Shown piece after piece: positions 45,723 to 57,200 of a stretch of 64,000 nucleotides of DNA. The notes below the pieces were generated by a model. It did not search any database. It worked only from the letters and a program-made list of their open reading frames with translations, and was not told where the DNA came from. Location of the stretch: NCBI GenBank assembly GCA_963845755.1, contig CAWJTV010000002.1:9394-73393 (forward strand), given 5' to 3'. Each line of letters starts with the position of its first letter. The first letter of the stretch is position 1. This stretch comes from an uncultured Planctomycetota bacterium (GTDB lineage: Bacteria > Planctomycetota > Planctomycetia > Isosphaerales > Isosphaeraceae). The translations under genes were made by a program, and so were the position numbers.

Positions 45723-46115
45723 ATGCACGAGACCTGCGAACAAACCGCTGAGTTTGTCCTGATCGAGGCCATTGCCGCCGCGCTCCGTGACGAGCTGGGC
45801 ATCGCGATCGAGGACCAACCCGGCTTCGATCACCCCTCCGAAGCCCGTCAGGTCAACCGGGCGTTTTGGGTCATGGCCCGGACCATCCTCCGGCCAAACG
45901 CACCGCCGGACGAGGACCTGCCGGCGTTCCTGAGTCGGGTCCTCGGCCAGCTCGCACGGCGACAGCTCGAAGCAGGTCTGCTCGACGCCCGTGAGATCGA
46001 TCACCTGATTGGTCTGGAGCTGGACGGCCGCGACGACTGGCTCGTCTATCTGATCCTGACGGACTGGTCCAAGATCGAGTATCTCCTCCAGACCCGCGGC
46101 CCCTACCAGGGCTGA
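45723..46115 (+). CDS. Hypothetical protein
   Basis: 130-aa ORF with GAGGAG RBS inside the operon. Confidence 0.6.
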   Translation: MHETCEQTAEFVLIEAIAAALRDELGIAIEDQPGFDHPSEARQVNRAFWVMARTILRPNAPPDEDLPAFLSRVLGQLARRQLEAGLLDAREIDHLIGLELDGRDDWLVYLILTDWSKIEYLLQTRGPYQG

Positions 46116-46178
46116 TCCGGACCCGCCCTGATCGACTACGTCCCCAACCCGAACCATCACCATCGACAGGAGGACCTC

Positions 46179-47671
46179 ATGACGCTCGCCGAGCGTTTGG
46201 CTGAGTTCGTGCGCGCCGCCTTCACCGGCCTGTGGATCCAGTCGTTCGAGCACGACGACGCGATCGCCGAGATTGCCCGGCTATGCCGTCAGCAGCGCTG
46301 GGCGTTGGCCACCTGGGATATCGACCGCGGCCTCTCCATCGCCGGACGGTCCGAAGATTCCGCCAGCGTCGTCAATGCCACCGATCCGCTGGCCGCCGTC
46401 CGCTCACTCAGTGTCATGGCGAATCCCGATGGCACGTCGTTACTCGTCCTTCGTAATTTCAACCGGTTCCTGAACAATATCGAGGTCGTCCAGGCCCTCG
46501 ACTCGGCCATCTCCGCCGGCAAGACCGGGCGGACCTTCGTGGTCGTCCTTTCGGCCGTGGTGAATATTCCCGTCGAACTGGAGCGGCAGTTCGTCGTGAT
46601 CGAGCATGACCTGCCCGGCCGCGACCAGCTCGAGCGCATCGCCCGCGGGATCGCCACGGATCCCGGCGAGCTGCCCGAGGGCGATGCACTCACGGCCGTG
46701 CTGGACGCCACGGCCGGCCTGACGCGGGTCGAGGCCGAGAATGCGCTGAGCCTGTCCCTGGTCCGGCACAACCGGGTCACTCCGGATGTGCTCTGGGAGC
46801 TCAAGGCCCAGACGCTCAAGAAGAGCGGACTGCTGACCTTGCATCGGGGCGGCGAGACCTTTGCCGACCTGGGCGGGCTGGAGGCCCTCAAGTCGTTCTG
46901 CACCCGGGCGCTGCGACCCGGTCGGCGGGCCGACGTCCAGGCCGCGGCGTCCTCTTGCTCGGACCGCCCGGCAGTGGAAAGTCGGCCGTCGCCAAATCGC
47001 TGGGCAACGAGACGGGCCGGCCCACGCTGCTGCTGGACGTCGGGGCCTTGATGGGTTCGCTTATCGGTCAAACCGAGGAGAGGACCCGCCAGGCGCTGAA
47101 GATCGCCGACGCGATGGCACCCTGCGTGATCATGATCGACGAGGTCGAGAAGGCGCTCTCCGGCGTCGGCAGCACGGGCGACAGCGGCGTGTCCACCCGG
47201 ATGTTCGGCTCGTTGCTCACGTACCTCAGCGACCACGACTCGGACGTGTTCATCGTCGCGTCAGCCAACGACATCTCGAAGCTCCCGCCCGAGTTCACGA
47301 GGGCAGAACGCTTTGACGGCGTGTTTTTCCTCGACCTGCCGGGCCAGCCCGAGCGGCAGGCGATCTGGCAGATGTATCTCCGCAAGTTCGGGCTCGACCC
47401 CGCTCAGCGCCTGCCGCAAGACCGTGAGTGGACGGGCGCCGAGATCCGATCTTGCTGCCGGCTGGCGGCGTTACTGGACGTCCCGCTGAGCGAGGCGGCG
47501 TCGAACATCGTCCCGGTTGCGGTGACGGCCGGCGAGGCCGTGGAGAAGCTCAGGCAGTGGGCCAGCGGGCGGTGCCTGTCGGCCGAGCGGCCGGGGATCT
47601 ACTCACGCGAGAACAATGGTATGCCCAGGTCGGGACGGAGCGTCCATCGCGGCGATCCGTCAACCAACTGA
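46179..47671 (+). CDS. AAA+ ATPase, Ycf46-like (frameshift near 46945)
   Basis: GGLEALK, GPPGSGKS, IDEVEK, SANDISKLPPEFTRAERFD, WTGAEI. Confidence 0.88.
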
Positions 47672-47912
47672 CAACCACTCCGGCCGGCATCGCGATCGCC
47701 GGCCGAGATCGGGTGACGTAATCCCCTCGCCTCCTGGCTCACCGGCCCTGGAGAACGAGGGTGAGACCGGATATCGCCAAGCTCCTTGCATCTGTACCCC
47801 GGCCGGTCGCTCCCTTCGGGAGAGTCAGCCGGGCTCTCTCATTCATCCCGCTTCGAACGGTTCAACCACGGACCGTTCCCGGCGGGAGCGGTCCCCTCAT
47901 CAGGAGACCGCC

Positions 47913-48530
47913 ATGTCCATCGCATCGTTGAACGACGCCCAGGGCGAGTTCACAGCCCACCTGCCGGTGGTCGAGAACGCCACCCGCTTCGCCTTCCGCC
48001 GCCTGAAGCTGAGGCGACAGGACTACGAGGACGTCCTGGCCGAGACCATCGCCGCCTGCTGGAGCGCCTGGGTCGGACTGATTTCCCGCGGCCGGGACCC
48101 GCTGGAGGTCGGCGTCTCCGGCATCGCCAACTACGCCGTCCGCTACGTCCGGAACGGGCGCCGGATCGCAAACCGGTCGGGCGGCCGGGGGGCCATGGAC
48201 GTCTACCATCGCAAGGCACAGAAGGCCCGGGGATTCCAGGTCATCAACTCCGGCGGAAGCGACGAGACCATCGACGCGGCCGAGGCTGGGGTCTGGAGCA
48301 ACTGCTGCACCCCGGCAGACGAGGCGTGCTTCCGCGTTGACTACGCGGCCTGGTTGGAGGTCCTGGCACCGCGGCGTCGGCGGACGGCTGAATTGCTCGC
48401 CGCGGGGCACGGGACGCTCGAGGTGGCTCAGGAAGTGGGAGTGACGCCCGCCGCGATCAGCCAGGCGCGGTCCTGGTTGCACGAGAACTGGCGAAGGTTC
48501 CAGGGCGGCGAGCCGGCGGCATGCGGCTGA
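47913..48530 (+). CDS. Sigma-factor-like protein with C-terminal HTH
   Basis: CAGGAG RBS; GHGTLEVAQEVGVTPAAISQAR HTH; region-2-like EDVLAETIAACW. Confidence 0.65.
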   Translation: MSIASLNDAQGEFTAHLPVVENATRFAFRRLKLRRQDYEDVLAETIAACWSAWVGLISRGRDPLEVGVSGIANYAVRYVRNGRRIANRSGGRGAMDVYHRKAQKARGFQVINSGGSDETIDAAEAGVWSNCCTPADEACFRVDYAAWLEVLAPRRRRTAELLAAGHGTLEVAQEVGVTPAAISQARSWLHENWRRFQGGEPAACG

Positions 48531-48618
48531 CGGCCCGTACTTCGGGGCGGATGGCGTCGGAGTTATCTCCAATCCTGAAGCATCTCGGGAGATGACCACT
48601 TCCTGCGTCCTCCCTCCG

Positions 48619-48707
48619 GACTCTGGAAAACCGTCCGCGAAATCCGCAAAATTCGCGAAACTCGGTCCGAGAGGGGGATTTTCGCGAATAACGCGGATTC
48701 TGCGGAC
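48619..48707. repeat. Palindromic 9-bp-unit repeat, copy 1
   Basis: TCCGCGAAA-TCCGCAAAA-TTCGCGAAA followed by its inverted counterpart; direct copy at 49507-49592. Confidence 0.75.
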
Positions 48708-48809
48708 GATTCTCAATGCAGGTACGACCCGCCTGGAGTGCCATGATTGGCGTCTGCTGAGCCGTGGATGGCGCGCCAGCCGGGAGCCATGGGGGGCAAG
48801 CGAGCTGAA

Positions 48810-49280
48810 ATGGCGGAGGACGTGCCGAGCCTGATAAACTCGATCACGGGGTCGGGATCGGTGGACAGCAAGGGTTTCGATGGGGCGACGGCAATGGACG
48901 AGGACCTGGTAGGCGATGACGTAAAGATCCTCAACTACACGATCGTCTTCACGAAACGCGACGCCGAGGCGGTCCTCCAGACCGATCGGGAGGAGATCGT
49001 AGACTATCCGACCGACGAGGCTTCGTTCGCCGGGCTCAAGGTAGCCGAGTTCCTCGAGCGCGTTGAGCGGGACGGCATCCCGTGGCCTGCGGACTGGATG
49101 GAGCCTCCGGGCGACGGATACCCGGCCGTGGGCCAGCCGATCAGGCAGATTCCGGAGGGTGACCGAAAGTTCCTCTTGGTCAGCCTGAGTGTGAAGTCGC
49201 GGCGGCCGAAAGCGGTAGCTGAGTTCGATAGGGACCGCACCGAAGTGCTTCGCCGGATCAGAGCGGTGAACACCGAGTGA
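48810..49280 (+). CDS. Hypothetical protein
   Basis: 156-aa ORF between the two palindromic repeats. Confidence 0.55.
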   Translation: MAEDVPSLINSITGSGSVDSKGFDGATAMDEDLVGDDVKILNYTIVFTKRDAEAVLQTDREEIVDYPTDEASFAGLKVAEFLERVERDGIPWPADWMEPPGDGYPAVGQPIRQIPEGDRKFLLVSLSVKSRRPKAVAEFDRDRTEVLRRIRAVNTE

Positions 49281-49506
49281 CTGTCGTCGTGGGCGAGGAG
49301 TGCGTGGACCAGAACGCAATCACACTCTGGAGTTGACCTGGGAAGTCGGGATGTCACTCCTTCCCGCGGCTGGTATCAATCGGCTCTGAATATGGTGCGT
49401 TCCTCTTCCTTGGAGACATCGTCCAAGAGCACGCCCCACGTGAGACTCCCGAGGAGGGAGAGCCAGTGTTCGTTCGGGTCAGTCCGCTCACAGTAACCTC
49501 AATTCA

Positions 49507-49592
49507 GACTCTGGAACCTGTCCGCAAGATTCGCAATATTCGCGAAATTCAGTCCGAAGGGCATTTTCGCGAATTACGCGGATTTTGCGGAC
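49507..49592. repeat. Palindromic 9-bp-unit repeat, copy 2
   Basis: GACTCTGGAA..TCCGCAAGATTCGCAATATTCGCGAAA..TTTTCGCGAATTACGCGGATTTTGCGGAC. Confidence 0.75.
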
Positions 49593-49888
49593 ACATCCTT
49601 ATGATACCGATCGGCAACTCAGTGCCAATGCCGATCGTCAGGCGAGCGCCCAGAACAGAGTCTCCTTGGTTTCTTCCAACCCAGGGCGAACGAAACCGTC
49701 TTCTTCCTTGCCGCGTTCTCCCAAGGAGCGACGCAGTCCGGAATCTTGTTCCTCGTTGCGATCGAGCGAGGAACCTCGCGCAGGGTTTACCACCCTCGAA
49801 CTCGGCTGTCTGACATGAGCCAGCTTTGAGGTGCTACCTGTCGGTTCGTTGCGCTCCTTGGCTGTGGCCCGCCTCGGTGTCGTCGGAC

Positions 49889-50117
49889 GAATGGCACTAG
49901 CTTAAGCGTAACTCGTTTTCAGAAAACGAGTTGTGTCGCGACGGTTTGCCCATTCATAGTATTCAGGAGGATATGAGGTTGGGTCCATGTGGCTTGATTT
50001 GAGGCTAAACTCTCTATCAATATTACAAGCGAATATCTACAATCGTTGAAAACATGTCTGGAGATCCGCACTTAAGCTCAAATGGCATAAAGTGTTACGC
50101 TTAAGCTAGTGCCATTC
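49889..50117. mobile_element. MITE (229 bp, non-autonomous, probably IS4-family-derived)
   Basis: 24-bp perfect TIR GAATGGCACTAGCTTAAGCGTAAC; 12-bp TSD GTGTCGTCGGAC (49877-49888 / 50118-50129); AT-rich, no ORF. Confidence 0.92.
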
Positions 50118-50788
50118 GTGTCGTCGGACCGAAGCGCGAAGCGCTGATTCCACTGGCCCCATCCGCACATAGGGGAGAGAGAGTCAACGAACCCTCGATT
50201 TCCGGGTCCGTCTCGTGCCTCGGGAGAGCCAGCAGATCAGAAACAACGCTCGGCGATGGGCCCTGGTTCGAGTGCGGGCGAGCGGCTGCGAATGACGCGT
50301 CGGAGGGCGTCGCTGTCGAGGGCTGTGGGTCGCGACGCTGTCCGTTGCGATCCCCAGGCCGCTGCCGCTGACGACGAAGAGAGAGGCCCCGACATGAGGC
50401 GTCCCGGCTCGCGCACCGGGCCGTGGGCACCGACCTCCGTGACCCGGCTCGGGGAGGCGGAGCGGCGCTCGAACGGACGACGCGGCGGAGCCGTGTCGCC
50501 AACCGACCGCAAGGTGGACGCCGTGGGACTTCGGGGCGTCGTCGCCTTTGTCCGGGCTTCGCCGCCACTTTCCCTCCCCGATTACCCCGGCAACGAAGAT
50601 CCGCGCCAACCGGATACGAGCCCGAAGCGCCGGCGAGTGAATCCCGGCAGCGACCATCGATTCACTCGCCGGCGCTTTGGGCTCGTATGGGATCTCCTTC
50701 CTTGCCGGGGTCATACCGGACGATGGGAAGACCATCGGCTCACCGCCCCGGGGCCGGGTCGGGACCGCGGGAGCGGCGACCGCTCAAT

Positions 50789-51210
50789 TCAGGAGGTCCA
50801 GAAGTCCGTCGACTTCTTGTTCGAGGTCGTCGGGGCCTGGTAGAAGAACCAGTCGGTGCCGCTGCCGGCCGTCAGGGTGATGGCGTACTTCGCGTTGTAG
50901 TTGACCGTCAGCAGCGGCCGGATCTGGGCCTGGCCCGACGCGTTCGGGTTCTTCGACCAGATACTCAGGATGTCGCGGAACGAGGATCCGGAGCTGACGG
51001 CCGCCGAGCCGTCGATCAGGATGTTGTTGCCGTTACCGACCTTGATCGTGTGCCGCCCCAGGCCGCCGACGATCAGGTTGTTGCCGTTGCCGGCCGCGAC
51101 GGTATCGTTGCCGTTGCCTTCGACCACGACGTTGCTCCCGTCGCCGGGCTGGATGGTGTCGTTGCCGTTGCCCACGGTGACGGTAGTGTTCCCGCCGCCG
51201 GCCGAGACCG
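50789..51210 (-). pseudogene. Orphan RTX-like C-terminal fragment of a secreted protein
   Basis: GNGND/GNGNN nonapeptide repeats and ILSIW..GTDWFF tail, with no start of its own, just after the stop of the giant gene. Confidence 0.65.
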
Positions 51211-51231
51211 AGCCTCGCGACGGCCTCGGGG

Positions 51232-54200
51232 TCAGAGGACCGTCTCGACCTCGCCCGACTTTTTCGTCACCTTGTCGTTGCTCCAGGCGAGGAACCAGTT
51301 GTTGTTCTGCGACTGGGTGCTCCCATCCTGGAGGGTGTTGGCCTTGCCATCCTGCGACACCGTGCTGCCGTTCAGCGCGTCGGCGCCGCCGGTCCCCACG
51401 CCCGCGAAGATCTTGCCGATCCGCGTCGCGTACGAGTCGCTCGAGGTCCACTCGGCCAGGATCGCGTCGAGGGCCGCGATGTTCGCGGCGGTGTCCGCGT
51501 CGTAGCTAGTCGTCCCGCTGACCAGGATGTCGTTGCCGCCGCCGGTCAGCGTATCGCCGCCGGGGCCACCGCCGATCAGGATGTTCATCCCGCTGCCGCT
51601 GTCGGTCAGCTTGTCGCCGCCGCCATTGCCGATGAGGATGTCGTCGCCGGAGCCGGACGCGGTCAGCGTGCTCTTGCCGGCGGTGCCGCCATAGACGATG
51701 GCGCCGCCACCGCCGTTGACCGTCAGGTTGGTCGGGCCGTTCGAGAACCCGCTGGCGTTGACAATCGCGGTGGGATTGCCGCTGGCCGTCGTCACCGTCA
51801 GGTTCGCCTTGGCGAACCCACCCAGGCTCAACGTCCCTCCGCCGGCCAGCGCCAGCGAGGTGTTCGTCAGCGTGACGCCGGCGGTCTCCGTCGCCTTCAA
51901 GGTCTCCGTATTGGACGTCAGGCTGCTGCTCAGGCTGCCGTTGCCGGTCCAGCCCGCCACGGTGAAGGTGTGGCCGGTGCCCGTGTCGGTGAGGTTCGCC
52001 GTGGTGATCCCGGAGAGGGTCAGCGACTGGTTGCCGACCGACAGCGCCGTGTTCGACAGCGCGAAGCTGCCCGAGGCGCTGTTGACGACCGTGTCGGACG
52101 TACCGCTGAGCGATCCGGCACCGGTCCAACCGGTCACGGTGAAGACATGACCGCCGCCGCTGGTGTCCTGGAGGTTCGCCGTCTTGAAGCCGGCCAGGGT
52201 CAAGGAACCGCCGGCCATCGAGGACAGCGCGGCGTTGCTCAGGGTGAAGCCGCCGGCCGCATGATCCACGATCGTCTCCGACTCGCCCTTGAGCGCCCCG
52301 CTCCCCGTCCAGCCGGTGACCGTGAAGGTGTCGCCGCCGGTCCCGGAATCGGTCAGCTTGGCCGTCGTGAACCCGTTCAGCGCCAGCGTCGTGTTCGGGG
52401 CCGTCAACTGGGTGTTGCTCAGGGCGAAGGAGCCGGCGGCGGAGTCGGTCACCGTATCCCCGGCCGAACCCTTGTCGGTCAGCGCGCCCCGCCGGTCCAG
52501 CCGGTGACCGTGAAGGTGTTGCCGCCCGCGGCGCTGCTGTCGGTCAGGTTGGCCGTCTTGAACCCACTGAGCGTCAACTTCGGCAGGCCGGTCACCGCCA
52601 GCGAGGTGTTGGTCAAGGTGACGCTCACCGCGACGCCGTCCGCCAGGGTCTCCGACGCGCCCGTGAGCGACCCGCCGCCGGTCCAGCCGGTGATGGTGAA
52701 CGTGTTGCCGCCCGTGCTCGTATCGGTGAGGTTGGCGGTGGTGACCCCGCTGAGAGCCAGCGCCAGGCCGGTGGGCGATGACAGCGCCGTGTTGCTCAGC
52801 GTGAAGCCGCCGGATTCGCTCACCGTCGCGGTGGCCGTCGTCTTGCCGGTCAGCGAGCCCCCGCCGGTCCAGCCGTTGGCCGTGAATGTCTTGCCCGAGG
52901 CGGTGGCCGATAGGTTGGCCGTGGCGATCCCGCTCAGGCCCAGGCTCATTCCGTCGGTCGAGGACAGCGCGGTATTGGACAGGGTGAAGTTGGAGGCCTT
53001 GCTCGCCGCCACCATGCCCGTGCCCGCCGGGGCGGTCAGCGACCCGGTCCCCGTCCAGCCGCTGACCGTGAACGTGTCGGCGGTGGCGCTCGAGCCGGTC
53101 AGGGCCGCGACCGCGATCCCGCTGAGGTTGTCGGTGAAGGTCGATGAGGCGCCGGTCAGCTTGGCGTTGGTCAGGGTGTAGCTCGATGATAGCGACTCCA
53201 CCACGCTGTCGCCGGCGCCGGTACCCGAGAGGCTGTTCGTGCCCGGCCCGCCCGTCAGGGCCACGCCCGGCACGCTGCCGGCGTTGAGCGCGTCATTGCC
53301 GCTGCCGCCGATGACCGCCGTGATCCCCGTCACCGTCCCGGTCACGCCCGTGGCCGTCCCGTTGGTCCCGTTGCCGAGGTTGACCGTCACGCCGGTGGTG
53401 TAGGCCGAATCGTTGAGCGTGCTCGAGCCGCCGCCCTGGATGCCGCCGGCGAGCGTCGCCGCCGGGGCGAAGACGAAGGCGTTGGTGCCCGAGTCGCCCA
53501 CCAGGCTCCCCGGCGTGCCGCCACTGCCGGTGCCCACGATGTTGAAGGTGTTGGTCGCCCCCTGGACATCGACATTCCGCGTCAGGCCGGTGCCCGGGAA
53601 GTTGATCGTGCTGCCCATCAGACCGTCAGCGGCGCCGAACTGGACCGAGGTGCGGCCGACGGCGAAGACGTCGGTGCTGCCGGGGCCCGACTCGCCGTCG
53701 ATCGTGATCGTCCCGCCGGTGCCGGCGAAGGCCAGCGTGTCGCCGCCGGGGATCGACCCCACGGAAGTCCCGCCCAGGGCGACGTTCAGGCCGGTGTCGC
53801 CGCCGTTGGGCGCGACCACATACTGGTTGCCGGCGGCGACGAGGAAGACCAGGCTATCGGGGGACCCGATGTTCGCATCGCCCAGCCAGGGGCTGAATGC
53901 GACGTTGCCGACGGCCTTCGCGCCCTGGCCGCCCGGATTGGCCGAGTTGGCCGGGCCGGTGCCGCTGCCCCACCAGTCGAACGTGGCCTCGACCGACCTC
54001 GCGGACTGGTTGTCCTGGACGCCCGTGGCGTCGCCGGCGAAGCTGTCGTCGGTGGCCGTCAGGGTCGCCGTGTCCGACGAGCCCGAGCCGACCGCGATGC
54101 CGGTCGCGTCGCTGGCGACGGTGCTGTCGACCACCGGTCGCCCGTCGCGCCGCCCGAAGAGACCGCGATGCCGCCGGCGAAATCGACGACCGTCGTGGCC

Positions 54201-57200
54201 GTCACGGTGAGCAGGCCGCCATGGTCCGTGATGCCCGTGCCGGTCGCCGAGCCCACGAGCGTCAGGCCGGATAGCGAGGCGGTGACGCCCGGATCGATCT
54301 GGATGACGCCGCTGGTGCCGCCGAAGATGTACAGGCCTCCGGCCGGCCCGGTGATCGAGGTGGCCAGCGCCGTGTCGCTCAGCTCGAGCGCGCCCTGGGT
54401 CAAGGTGATGAACGGTCCGGCGGGGAAGGCCGTCGGGTCGAACGAGATTGCGGTGCCGGGGAATTGATCGGCCAGGGCGACGGCACCGGGCAGGGTCAGG
54501 CCGGCCGCCGTCGTGTTCGACTGTCGGGGCCGTCGAGTTGACGACCAGCGAGGACTGGAAGGCGCCGATGTTGACGATGCCGCCGCGGATCAGGCCGCGC
54601 TGATCGGTGGTGACGCCGCCGATGGGTGTGCCGTGGCCGATGGCGGAGCTACCGGGCAGGAGCGCCATCGTCTCGGTCGGGCCGCCGTATTGGCCCAGGG
54701 TCGCCAGGCCGAGGGTCGTCAGGCTGGTCAGGACGATGTTGCCGCTCGAGCCGTTGCTGATCCCGCCCGAGCCGCCGGTGCCGATCAGGTTGAAGCGGCC
54801 GGTGACGGCGGAAGCGGCCACACCGCTGATGTCGTTGGGGCCGCCGTGGGCCGTGTTGCCGGCGACGATCGTGTCGGTCAGGTCCGACGTCCCGGAGGCG
54901 TTATACAGCCCGCCGCCGATGGTGCCGGCGCGGTTGCCGCTGATCGTGCAGTCCTCGAGCCTCGTGATCGAGAGGTTGTACAGCCCGGCGCCAAACGGGG
55001 CGTTGTTGTTCGCGAGGGTGCAGTTGTAGAGGTAGGCCGCGGCCGAGTGGTCGTTGTCCAGCCCCGCCCCGGCGATGGCCCCGTTGCCGCTGACGGTGCA
55101 GGCGGTCATCGACACGGTGCCGCGGTTGTACACCCCGCCGCCGGCTTCCACTGCCGTGTTGCCGCTGATCGTGGAGTCTGTGATCGTCGCCATCACGTCG
55201 TTCGACAACCCGGCGCCGCTGTGAGTCGCCCAGTTGCCGCTGATCGTGGTGCCGTTCTCGATCGTCACCGAGTGGTCACTGAACACGCCGCCGCCGTAGG
55301 TGGCCGTATTGCCGCTGATCGTGCAGCCGCTGAGGAGCGCCGTGCCGGCGTTGTTCAGCCCGCCGCCATCGTCGCGGGCGCGGTTGTCCATGAGGGTGCA
55401 ATTGTAGAGGTAGGCCCGGGCCGAGGCGTCGTTGTCCAGCCCCGCGCCGGTGATGGCCCGGTTGCCGCTGAGGGTGCAATCGGTCAGCGTGGCCGTGCCG
55501 TCGTTTAACAGGCCGCCGCCGAAGCCGGCGGAGTTACCGCCGGTGATGGTCAGCCCTGAGATCGACGCGGTGACACCACCGTCGATCTGGAGCACCCGGC
55601 TGGCCTCGTTGCCGCTGACCGTCACGCCCGCCGCCGGGCCCGTGATCGTCTCCGTCCCGCTTTTCAGCTCGAGCTGCGTGCCATCCAGCACGATCGTCTT
55701 CGCGGCGGCGAAGACGGTCTTGTCGAACGTGATCGCCTCGGTGCCGCCCGTCCCGGCGGCGCCGGCCGCATTGGCCAGGTTGACGGCCTGGCGCAGGCTC
55801 AGGTCACCGGAGGGCGAGCCGGTGCCGTCGAGGGTGGTGTTGACGACCAGCGGGTTGGTCTGGAAGGCGCCGATGTCGGGGGGCGAGTCGAGCGCGAAGC
55901 CGCGCTGATCGGTGGTGACTCCGGCGATGGCGGTGCCCGTGCCGATGGCGGGGCTGCCGGGCAGAAGGGCCATGGTCTGGGTCGGCCCGCCGTAATCGCC
56001 CAGCGGGGCGAGCAGCGGGTTGCCGCCGATCAAGTTGTGGCTGCCCGAGTAGCCGCCCGCGATGTCATCGCCGCTATTGCCCGCGACAATCGTGTTCGTC
56101 AGCGTGGCCGTGCCGCCGTAGTTGTACAGGCCGCCGCCGTTGTTGCCGGCGGAGTTGCCGCTGAGGGTGCAATCGGTCAGCGTGGCCGTGCCGTCGTTTA
56201 ACAGGCCGCCGCCGAAGGAGGCGGAGTTGCCGCTGAGGGTGCAATCGGTCAGCGTGGCCGTGCCGTCGTAGTTGTTCAGGCCGCCGCCGTTGCCAGCGGA
56301 GTTGCCGCTCACGATGCAAGCGGTCAATGTGGCCGTGCCGTGGTTGTTGTACACGCCGCCGCCGTTCCCGGAGGCCGAGTTGTCACTGACAGTGCAGTCG
56401 GTCAGCGTGGCCGTGCCGAAGAGAGCGTAGAGGCCGCCGCCGTTCCCGGAGGCCGAGTTGCCGCTGACGGTGCAATTCGTCAACGTGACCGTGCCGTTGT
56501 AAGCAAAGAGGCCGCCGCCACGGCCCGCGGAGTTGCCGGTGACGATGCAATTGGTCAGAGTGACTGTGCCGGCGTTGTCATACAGGCCGCCGCCGTAGAC
56601 GGCGGCCTTGCCGCCCTGGATCGTCACTCCCGAGATCGACGCGTTGACGCCCCGGTCGAACACGAACACCCCGCTGTTCCCGCCGCCGCTGACCGTCACG
56701 CCGCCATCCGGGCCCGTGATCGTCTCGGTACCGGTGGTGTCGGTCAACTCGAGCGGGCCCAGTGCCAGCGTGATCGTCTGCGGCGCAGCGAAGATGTTCG
56801 GATCGAAGGTGATCTCGTGGCCCGGGAACGCGTTGGCCGCGAGGATCGCCTCGCGAAGGCTGGTCGTGTGCGCGGTGTAGTTGAGGTCATCGGCGGTTGT
56901 GTTCACCACGAAGCTGAGGGGGACGACGGTCAGGAGTTCGCCGAGGCTCGAAACGCCCGCCAGCGACGCCGAGATCACGCTCGTGCCGACGGCCACCGTC
57001 GTGGCCAGGCCGGACGAGTCGATCGTTGCCACCGACGGCAACGCCGACGCCCAGGTCACCGAGTCGGTGATATCGTGCGCCGCGTCGTCGAAATAGATGC
57101 CCGTGGCCGTGAACGGCTCCGTGAGGCCTGCGGCGACGGACGAGTTGCCGGGAGTGACGACGATCGCTAATAGTGTGGGCGAGCTGGTCAAGGTGACGCC

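Noticed and set aside
47720..47731. AATCCCCTCGCC match to the tRNA 3' end as attR
   Set aside because: Only 12 bp, diverges within the acceptor stem and lies between co-oriented cassette genes.
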